Origin: a virus
Virus record (IMG/VR): IMGVR_UViG_3300025141_013863
Coordinates: 1-64,000 of that record
Direction: 5' to 3' (one strand)
Length of the DNA stretch: 64,000 nucleotides
Shown here piece after piece: positions 48,001 to 55,877 of this stretch. The notes beneath the pieces were generated by a model. The model ran no database searches, was not told where the DNA came from, and saw nothing but the letters and a program-made list of their open reading frames with translations. The position numbers and the translations under genes are program-made. The number at the start of each line of letters is the position of its first letter. Positions within the stretch are counted from its first letter, which is position 1.

Positions 48001-51000
48001 AACTTTGAAAATATAACAGGCTCAGATAGTAATGGTAATTTTTATATTACGGATATGAGTTCAGGCTCATCAGAGATAAGAGATAATTTTGGCTGGGCTG
48101 GCAACTGGGCAGGATATCAACATACTGGATATGGATTTGGGTTTAGTACCTCGTCCACCAACGTTGTTGAAAAAAATGCGATCAACTACTTTAAGTTTAT
48201 AGATCCAGAAAGAGTAGTTTCATCAGATATGGTCCAGATCTTGTCTAGTGATGATCGAGTTTTTGGCACAGATGATGTCGTTCCGGACTATTATTTCACA
48301 GTTGAAAAAAGCATGTATAATGCAATTTCAGAAGAAATTCTTGACTTCTTTGCTGGGGTTGTAGACTTTAATAATATTATTGGCGAGGCCGTTAATAGAT
48401 ATCGCCATAGATATAAATCACTAGAAAAACTCCGAGAGATTTTCTTCAGGAAAGTGTCGAACACCAAGGATGTAGAAAAGTTTGTTGATTATTATAAGTG
48501 GTTTGATGACTCTTTAACAACAATTATATCGCAATTGATCCCGGCATCGGCTGATTTTGAAAACGACATGATGAATATTATTGAAAGCCACGTGCTTGAA
48601 AGAAATAAGTATCAAACTAAATTTCCAACATTCGATTTTAAAGAGCCAGATTTAGATTTTGCCATGAAAGGGGCAAAAGAAAGCTCGTATTCGTGGAAAG
48701 ATGGTAGCTCTACAATTCCGGCTTCTCCTCGTTCTACAAAAAAGAATAGACTATATTGGGATCGACGCGCTGAAAGATCCGCAACAGAGTTATCCTCCAG
48801 TCGCTCAACTAACTCTCCCACGGTTAATTCAACTATTGACGGGCAGAGAGAAAAGTTTAAAACGATTATATATTCTAATCCACATATGAGCCAAAGTACG
48901 CGCCTTTCCTATACTAGCACTGGTACATCATATGATATTGGAGCCCACCGAAGTCGTAGTTATGGAGGCCTCTATAATCTTCAATACGATAGTTATATAG
49001 GTTCCGGCAGTACCATTAAAGGCGGCACGAACTTCACAGATAATAAAAATATTGATTTTACATATAATGCACTTCGTCCTGCAGGTCCAGTTAATAATGA
49101 CGGCACCATATTTGTTCCTCAAAATGTTATTTTGGGATTTGCCAATGACTTGGTTGAACTGCATGAAACTCACCAATGGGAGACTGATAAGTATCCAAGA
49201 ATATTAACTAAAAGATATCTAAAAACTCTCCACGGAAGAAACTTTGAGTACGATGGAACCGGATATAGTAATGTTAAATCTTCCTTCGCATTTCCTTTTA
49301 ATATTGTAAGTTCTTCAATAAAAAGTGGATACAACAAAGTTGTAACCGATAGAGTTACCGGAGGTATTGAAATTGTTAACTTGCATCATGATACTTATGG
49401 AGATTCTTTTGAGATTCCAATGCAGGGCCCATTTACCAATACTCATGTTGGGGGCCACCAATCACGCCACATTGCAATAAATACAGGTTCAGATCAGTGG
49501 TATAACCGTCCGGAAGCATGGAAGATACTTCTTGGAACTAGTGATCTTGGAACACATAATTTAACAGGCGCAATCGGCATGGTGGGCCCAGATTATCCGT
49601 GGCCCGAGGCCAACGAAAGAGGCGGCTCGTCTCCAGGCGCTTGGATCTCACCATACCCAATGACAGCTTCTCACAAGGCTTGGCTGTATAGAGGCATGGT
49701 CGCGAAGAGTCCAGTAAACATTAGGAACATATTAACTACAACTGGATCCAGGGTACTTGGAAATTATCAGAGAAATTACGAAATAGTACAGTCGGTTGGT
49801 GCATATGAAAATGCTAGAGCATTTATTGAAGAACAGCCCACCTTGCCATCTACGGTATACTTGAGCCATTCGGGCAGCACCACAAACGTAAGAACGTTAT
49901 TAGATCTCCGTCGTGAGTCTGGAAGTCATTTCAAGTTTGTAGATGAATATAACGCTGGTTATTTAACGGGTACCGAAAACAAATCAATTATGCTATCTAG
50001 ATTTGCTGCTCCTGGTGGCATAGAAGTGATGGGTCGAGGCTATTTAGATTTTAGAGCTTCAGAATATTCTGTTTATAATTCATTATTGAATAGAAACTTG
50101 ACAGTTATCAAGCCCTCTCAGGGCCCAACTGGTTCGTATTCTGAACTTGTTGGCTCGGGTACTGCGGGAATTCGAGTATTCGATATTCATGGAAAAGATT
50201 TTGGATTGCGCTCACACTTGGCAAGACATAGTGCCAGATTTGGTAGAGATTCCATGTTTGTTACTTCTTCGAATGATATGCCCGGCGCCTCCTATGACCA
50301 GCTTCCATCTTTTCATAAGCTTAATAGAAATCGAAGAGCAGTAATAAAAATAACCAATGCCGGCGACATCTTTAGTCCAAAGACGATAACAACCGCGACG
50401 GCCTCGAAATACGATAACTATTATGTGTCCTACCCCATCCCCAGATCGGACAGACAATATTCGTGGGTTACTGGCTCAATTACTGGCTCAGATATAAGAT
50501 TTTATGGCCATGCCCGAATACATGGCGAGCAAGCAGGTTTGTTTTCTAGTTCTGCTAATGGTTATGTTGCTTATTTTGATTATGTGAGTGCCAGTTCTGT
50601 TGTGCCACAACTTACACAAAGTTTATACCAGCCGACAACAAGATTAAATATTTTAACACACGATCCTTTAACTGCCTCTGGCGACAACAACACGCTTGGA
50701 CATGCAACAACAATTGATTACGATGAGTATTTTAATAAAACAATTGTAGATAGATTCCAGATCGAAAACTTCCTTACGACATCCGCGAATTACTTTAACT
50801 TGCTGATGACAAGGCGTGGTGGTACTTTTGGTTGGAACTGGAAGAGGTTAAGGATTCAAGATCACCCAATCTTAGTTGATCAATATTTAAGTAGTACTTT
50901 TACGCGTGCCGCCATTACTGATGATGATGTCACAACGTATAGTCTCCCACCTGTGTCCATGAGAGGCCGTCCTCTCCTTATTAATTATAGCCAGGATGAT

Positions 51001-54000
51001 TCAGATACAACACTCAAAATTACTCACAACAATGAAAAGATTTATTTTAACAGCACGACTTTAAATGATGAGCTAGGCTTGCCTAATATGGAAACTGTTA
51101 CTGCGTATGATCAAGTTTTATCGATTATACAGTCGGCCGATTATTCATTAAATTGGATTATGTATTGCGAAAATGTTTTCCCATCTTTAAGAAACGAATT
51201 TGTTTCCTCGTCTCGCGAAAGAATTGGTTTTGATAATAAATTTTGGAGAGATGCATCAATAGATCGCTTGGCGGTTGGAAATGCTTTGAAAAATTCCTTT
51301 GGTGTAAGGTCTCCCGCTGTTTCACAAAGTTGTTGGCCCTTAGACGCGCCGGCTAATTTCTTGACGCGCTCAAAAGTGCCAAATGTTGGAACTGGCGGCG
51401 GCGATCATGATTTCTTTGAAGAGGGTCAAGCAGGAGAGCTTCAAAATACTTATTTTGCATATCACACAGGCGCCGCCAAGACCAGCGATGAAGTGTTTAC
51501 TTTCATGGCCCCCGCCGCCCTTTACGCCAGAAAACACACTCTTAGTTCACCATTTTCGGTGGCATCTCCATCAGGAATGGATATTCCAGAAACAGGAAGT
51601 ATTTCAATTGGAGTTCCATTTTGGAAAGGCAGCTCGCAGATTGATATTTATGCAGGCGAAGCAGTATGGGAAGCCGGCTCACAAGCTGGAATTGTTACAG
51701 TTTCTGGTTCTACCTCAATTTTTCAAGCGACCGCTTCTATTCCCTGGTTCAACGATTATGATGATTATAAAGAAGACTTATTATTGTTGGCTCGCGACTA
51801 CTCCATTATTCCAGAATTTAGGATTAGTGAACATATCGAAGATTACATAAAGTATGGCTTGGCATCAAAAAATAAATCAAACACTTTCGAGATTCCAGGG
51901 ACATCAATCAACAGCTCGACAAGTTCTTTTTATGTAGATTATTCTAATTCTGAGTTTATGACAGAATTTCTCAACATTAAGCAAGATTCATTGCTTGATG
52001 CAACAGAAATTAGATTAGTATGTAGCGCTGCAATTAGATTTAATCCGTATAAAGGGTTTTATCCCGCACAAAGAACTTTAGATCTAGTCTCACAGTTTTC
52101 TCGTTCTTATGGCGATGGATTGTTTGCGTCCAAGAAGGGCGACGGTACACAATTTTCAGTCGCCGGCGAAGAGCTTATCAAGAACAGGCCGGGCTTATTG
52201 AGGCCTTTGATGACGACACTATATTCTCCAGGTATTTTATTCAACAGTATTAAATCTGGACTGGCAGTTAATTATCCAGGAATAACTGATACTAGAAAAT
52301 TAAGTGCATCATATTATGGTAAATCAAAATTAGAAAATACAGAAAATTGGATGATCACGCCGGCCCTCCCTCCCAATAGTACAAAAGTTGGATATCGCGG
52401 CGGAGAGTTCTGGGACATTAAAGTTCCTTTCGAGGCCATCTTAGCCCCAGAAAAATATATTGCAGGGATACAATTTTTGGATATAGAGCCCCACCCCTCT
52501 TGTTCTCTGAATGCAACTGCTTCTTTGGGAGCGGCAAGTGATGAAATTTATTCTATGATGGCCAGTAATTTTCTCGGAGAAGTTGGGTCTTTCTTCTTGA
52601 AAGATAATATGTTTACACAGCTTGCCTCTGAGCCAGTTACAGATGATCTAAGATTTACATCCGGTAGCGTTTATGGGGCTAGAATAAAGTTAAGAAGATC
52701 TGTGTCGGGCTCTAGAGGTTATCTTCTAGAATCTGGCTCTGTTGGAGGAAGCGATCCATATGATCTAACAGGTGGTAGAATTTATGATTCAACTTTGGGG
52801 GCATATCAAAACGGTGCCTTTCCAATACCACAAGATCCAAGAGCAACTAACAAATCTTTTCAAGAAAGTTTTACAATGTATTCTCGCCCCTCCGCCTTCG
52901 GTCCTCCCGTTGCCGGCCAACCGGATTCAACAGGATCGAAAGACTCAGTTGTCTTAGCTTCAGATCCATTAGATAGTGTAAATGGGTATTATTGGTCATT
53001 CACCCCTCCATATTACAATGGTGAAGCTTGGTGCGATGTAATTTTTAGACCGGATAGTACGAAAAGCTATGATTTAGAACAAATATTAGCTGAGGCCTCT
53101 TTGGTATATTGGCGAGCTGATCCTGGGATTGGCACAGGTAGTGCTGGCTATTTGGGCTCTAATCCTGTTTTAATCTCCTCTTTTGGTTCTGCCTCATTTA
53201 CAAATGCTGATAATTATATTTATTCTGGACACAATGTTAATGCAAACGCTATGCAAATCAGCGCCAGCATTAATTTGCTTGGTGTTGAAAGGGTCTTGCA
53301 GCAAGAAGAAGATAAGTTTGGAAACAAGATCAAAGGCACAAATATTACCGCAGCAAAACGTTGGGTAATTCAGCCAAAATGGGAAACCCCAATGCTCAAT
53401 TTTGGTAATCAAGGGGTGCACCCAATAACCGAAAATGATGGTAACTTAACATTGCCTGATTATGGAAAAGCATCAGTGCCAAGAGGGATGTGGCATCAAT
53501 TTGGTATAATGCCAGAATCGCCAGATAAAGGAATTTTCTTAGAAATTGGAGATATTCCAAAGGATTGGTTAAAAAATCATTACGATGTATTAACAAACGA
53601 TACCGTTTATAATAATGATGATGCTGATACCGGCGACAAGGTATTTAAAGAAATGCAATCTTTAACAGATCTGGCAGGCTTTAAATCATCAACGTCAAAG
53701 CGCTTAGGAGAAATAGCAGAAAGTAAAATTATCAGGGAAGCAGTTGTGGCGGTTCCTTATGTAATACAGAATGAAGCAGGCATATCTAACGAGGCTAGCG
53801 CACTTACATCGACCATGAAGTCTCTTATAAGCATTCCAAAACAGAGATATGAAGCTGCCATGTCTAGTGCTAAGGGAACGGCGGAAGGTGATTCATTAGA
53901 TGCCGCTGGAGAGTCAATAAGAAAGCTAGTTCAAAAAATGGAAAGGTACGTTTTGCCACCTCAGTTTGACTTCCTAACTAATCCAGATGTTGATCCGGTT

Positions 54001-54441
54001 GTTATGTATATTTTTGAATTTAAGTATATTTTAGATCAAAATGATCTATCGTATATATGGCAGAATTTAGCGCCAAGAGATTATAAAAAAATATCCTTTC
54101 AATATGAATCAGTTGCACATGAGCTTATGGACACTGAATTGCTGACGGAGGCAAACTTAGTAGATAATGAAAACTTAAGATGGATGGTCTTTAAAGTAAA
54201 ACAGCGTTCCGGCACTCACTATTATGATCTAACGACTGCTCAAGCAGGCCAAGCCTCAAAAGATGTATTTAGCTTTGATGATGATACTTCTGGATACAAG
54301 CTTGGATTCAATTGGCCTTATGATTATTTATCTTTTGTTGAGCTAATTAAGATGGATGCGGAAGTTCTTTTTAAATCATCTGACGATACAGATACCACAA
54401 ATGGCTCAACTGATGTATATGGCGAACTGGAGAGCGAATAA
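45025..54441 (+). CDS. giant (3138 aa) baseplate protein: gp7/gpI-like core plus LamG domains
   Basis: LamG motifs TVEFWLK, WHHYAFV, FYVDG, MDEFRYW; gp7/gpI-like NIFKSKGTEKSIRNVFRCF. Confidence 0.7.
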   Translation: MSIKKLFDSQRSKNYLSETDEREAFADIESSRNMKAISKRQKTFVPQIDYTKPERFARYGSAYLYYKSAIEWIHDYYPYDGSDAEINEYRNKLLDIERYIFDNIYPRTNGFVTFANPHDGGWGGTTNDPDDSDGYGIPSTLEYITFKGGPGTGSAEDGALSSLVPNPYNEKIKHANIYDEDIYTNAGLPATYGSGSRESNLKANFNTGVTVEFWLKTGSAIPLSTLNNETEKQVIFDMWNNNADTTHDYGRITIELNGTASSGSPFIVTVQSGNANPGIFQQSIGADIDVDTLSKWHHYAFVMENTGSGHAIKFYVDGDYNDVLAHTGSFGELPQKDMMGRLGALLTTPSETTATGSLAGAGKLSGSMDEFRYWKVARTAREIGLNWLDQIRGGVNTDISNTTLGVYYKFNEGITTVAATDSVVLDYGGRVCNGVWTGYGSNSRATGSAMVLASGSAISSEYKDPIMYSNHPDVSALKTALLNSGSYHDRQNNSSMLSMAPSWIIEEDEDHGSEFTTNLRYVSHIVGTYFDKLYLQIQSLPKFKQAGYTSASYTPFPFAQHMPQSMGLVSPELFIDASVMEKFLNRNQTGSFEGDLAETKNLIYLNLYNNITNIFKSKGTEKSIRNVFRCFNLDESLIRLNAYADNTTYLLRNNTLQTLINKNSINFNQKQNTNAVIYQKQYTGSAYEPAPNDVIADDTIGHISGSWGIGYNATNAPDDRGIEDPYGFTMEADITFPTFYRTQDRFDRNFLTGSLFGLYTVPSGASGYPLTRIKNGTDTTWITSLGNNAAGDSEKGPDAANFQVFAIRDSEYSKNIRFMISSSNEPTPIPLLTSSTFYDVYSDSRWNLSVRIVPSLTSSYGAAGIVSGSRESESNYDLIFNGYHNEVGTIQNSFKLTASIDYDTAVNFLNAAKRVYAGARRTNITGAILNQTDVNINSIKYWTKYIEDGVLEQHANDLTNAGISASYQNTSPRDLNSFGHDILNLNTLALHWNFENITGSDSNGNFYITDMSSGSSEIRDNFGWAGNWAGYQHTGYGFGFSTSSTNVVEKNAINYFKFIDPERVVSSDMVQILSSDDRVFGTDDVVPDYYFTVEKSMYNAISEEILDFFAGVVDFNNIIGEAVNRYRHRYKSLEKLREIFFRKVSNTKDVEKFVDYYKWFDDSLTTIISQLIPASADFENDMMNIIESHVLERNKYQTKFPTFDFKEPDLDFAMKGAKESSYSWKDGSSTIPASPRSTKKNRLYWDRRAERSATELSSSRSTNSPTVNSTIDGQREKFKTIIYSNPHMSQSTRLSYTSTGTSYDIGAHRSRSYGGLYNLQYDSYIGSGSTIKGGTNFTDNKNIDFTYNALRPAGPVNNDGTIFVPQNVILGFANDLVELHETHQWETDKYPRILTKRYLKTLHGRNFEYDGTGYSNVKSSFAFPFNIVSSSIKSGYNKVVTDRVTGGIEIVNLHHDTYGDSFEIPMQGPFTNTHVGGHQSRHIAINTGSDQWYNRPEAWKILLGTSDLGTHNLTGAIGMVGPDYPWPEANERGGSSPGAWISPYPMTASHKAWLYRGMVAKSPVNIRNILTTTGSRVLGNYQRNYEIVQSVGAYENARAFIEEQPTLPSTVYLSHSGSTTNVRTLLDLRRESGSHFKFVDEYNAGYLTGTENKSIMLSRFAAPGGIEVMGRGYLDFRASEYSVYNSLLNRNLTVIKPSQGPTGSYSELVGSGTAGIRVFDIHGKDFGLRSHLARHSARFGRDSMFVTSSNDMPGASYDQLPSFHKLNRNRRAVIKITNAGDIFSPKTITTATASKYDNYYVSYPIPRSDRQYSWVTGSITGSDIRFYGHARIHGEQAGLFSSSANGYVAYFDYVSASSVVPQLTQSLYQPTTRLNILTHDPLTASGDNNTLGHATTIDYDEYFNKTIVDRFQIENFLTTSANYFNLLMTRRGGTFGWNWKRLRIQDHPILVDQYLSSTFTRAAITDDDVTTYSLPPVSMRGRPLLINYSQDDSDTTLKITHNNEKIYFNSTTLNDELGLPNMETVTAYDQVLSIIQSADYSLNWIMYCENVFPSLRNEFVSSSRERIGFDNKFWRDASIDRLAVGNALKNSFGVRSPAVSQSCWPLDAPANFLTRSKVPNVGTGGGDHDFFEEGQAGELQNTYFAYHTGAAKTSDEVFTFMAPAALYARKHTLSSPFSVASPSGMDIPETGSISIGVPFWKGSSQIDIYAGEAVWEAGSQAGIVTVSGSTSIFQATASIPWFNDYDDYKEDLLLLARDYSIIPEFRISEHIEDYIKYGLASKNKSNTFEIPGTSINSSTSSFYVDYSNSEFMTEFLNIKQDSLLDATEIRLVCSAAIRFNPYKGFYPAQRTLDLVSQFSRSYGDGLFASKKGDGTQFSVAGEELIKNRPGLLRPLMTTLYSPGILFNSIKSGLAVNYPGITDTRKLSASYYGKSKLENTENWMITPALPPNSTKVGYRGGEFWDIKVPFEAILAPEKYIAGIQFLDIEPHPSCSLNATASLGAASDEIYSMMASNFLGEVGSFFLKDNMFTQLASEPVTDDLRFTSGSVYGARIKLRRSVSGSRGYLLESGSVGGSDPYDLTGGRIYDSTLGAYQNGAFPIPQDPRATNKSFQESFTMYSRPSAFGPPVAGQPDSTGSKDSVVLASDPLDSVNGYYWSFTPPYYNGEAWCDVIFRPDSTKSYDLEQILAEASLVYWRADPGIGTGSAGYLGSNPVLISSFGSASFTNADNYIYSGHNVNANAMQISASINLLGVERVLQQEEDKFGNKIKGTNITAAKRWVIQPKWETPMLNFGNQGVHPITENDGNLTLPDYGKASVPRGMWHQFGIMPESPDKGIFLEIGDIPKDWLKNHYDVLTNDTVYNNDDADTGDKVFKEMQSLTDLAGFKSSTSKRLGEIAESKIIREAVVAVPYVIQNEAGISNEASALTSTMKSLISIPKQRYEAAMSSAKGTAEGDSLDAAGESIRKLVQKMERYVLPPQFDFLTNPDVDPVVMYIFEFKYILDQNDLSYIWQNLAPRDYKKISFQYESVAHELMDTELLTEANLVDNENLRWMVFKVKQRSGTHYYDLTTAQAGQASKDVFSFDDDTSGYKLGFNWPYDYLSFVELIKMDAEVLFKSSDDTDTTNGSTDVYGELESE

Positions 54442-55877
54442 TGGCTAAATTTTTAAATAAAAAAGAGCAAGTTTATGATTTAAAGCTTACCTCGTATGGC
54501 CACTATTTGATGTCGGTTGGTAAATTCAAGCCAGCATACTATAAATTTTTTGATGACAATATTCTATATGATGGTCGTTATGCTATGTATACCGGCTCAA
54601 GTGCCCCAGAGAAATCTAGTGTCGATTTAATGTTATATGAAAGTCAAAATCAAGTTCACAAAAGAATAAAAGAAGAGACTCAGTATTTAGAAAGCTTAGT
54701 CTTATTTGAAGATGTCGAAAATAACATAGGAAAACTATCTGATGACAATTTTGAAACAGACGTTACAGCGACCATGGTCGAGCCAAGGTTGGATGTGTTC
54801 AGGATTGATGAAGGCATAGGAGACGCATTTTTAGATGCCGGCACTCAAGCTGCCCCTGCTTGGAAAATAGTTGCTTTAAATGGAGAAATTTCCTCTTCCG
54901 CAACAAGTGATCCAGCAAATAATTCAAAAATCCCTCAAATAAATATCTCTTTAAATTATGAGAAAAAGTTGCTATCTGATATTGAACCCTTGATCGCCCC
55001 CGATTCCGTACCTGAAATGGCAGCTAGAACCGCAAAATTTTCAGACAATTACCAAATCGAACTAGTGTATGATGATGGTCTAATTTATGCTGAAGAAATG
55101 AACACCTTATTATTAACTGATAATTTTGATATTGAAGTTTTCGAACAACAAACGGAAGATGCGGAAAATGCTGCAGCACAATTTTCCTTTAATGCATCTG
55201 GGCCCGGAATCCGAGATGAAACGTTTACAATAAACGATGGTACAACATCGGCGACGTTTACTTTCAAAGAGACAGCTGCCTCTTCTACACAAATAAAAGA
55301 CGGTGCTCCACCCAGCACCGCTGCGGTTACATTAGCAGAACGAGCCGTTAGAATAATAAACAATTATGTTGCACAGTCTAGCGTCGATCTTAAAGTTAGT
55401 GCCGCGTCTGATGAAACCACAGGAGTGATAACGATAACCAACACTAATGGCACCGGTAAAAAAACAAATTCCGAAGGCACTACGGCTAGAATAACATCTT
55501 CAGATGAAGACAAGATTGCAACTGATGGTGGATTTTTTACTGGCGGCACGGATGTAAAGACAAGCCTTATAAAGAAATTTTTTAAGCAAGGGGTACCTCA
55601 AGTAGTAGATGGTTTTATGGTTTCACCACAGCCAATAGAAACCCCACTAGAAGAGCTTCATACAGGTAGCGTAGAATATTACTTCAGCATTGTTGCGGAT
55701 CAAGAAGTCGATCCAAAGCTAGCATGCCGTGCCACAGAACTTTTTAATAAAGAATCATATTATATTGATTTAGATTACGATTGCAGTCAATATACATCTT
55801 TAACTGAAGATGTATCGCCCAAATATTTTGATATTTATGGGCCAGTAACGGAGCCAGAGATATGCCAAGAGCCATAG
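54441..55877 (+). CDS. putative virion structural protein (tail-collar-fibre-like N-terminus)
   Basis: DLKLTSYG...GKFK...FFDDNILY, paralogous to 63192 N-terminus. Confidence 0.6.
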   Translation: MAKFLNKKEQVYDLKLTSYGHYLMSVGKFKPAYYKFFDDNILYDGRYAMYTGSSAPEKSSVDLMLYESQNQVHKRIKEETQYLESLVLFEDVENNIGKLSDDNFETDVTATMVEPRLDVFRIDEGIGDAFLDAGTQAAPAWKIVALNGEISSSATSDPANNSKIPQINISLNYEKKLLSDIEPLIAPDSVPEMAARTAKFSDNYQIELVYDDGLIYAEEMNTLLLTDNFDIEVFEQQTEDAENAAAQFSFNASGPGIRDETFTINDGTTSATFTFKETAASSTQIKDGAPPSTAAVTLAERAVRIINNYVAQSSVDLKVSAASDETTGVITITNTNGTGKKTNSEGTTARITSSDEDKIATDGGFFTGGTDVKTSLIKKFFKQGVPQVVDGFMVSPQPIETPLEELHTGSVEYYFSIVADQEVDPKLACRATELFNKESYYIDLDYDCSQYTSLTEDVSPKYFDIYGPVTEPEICQEP

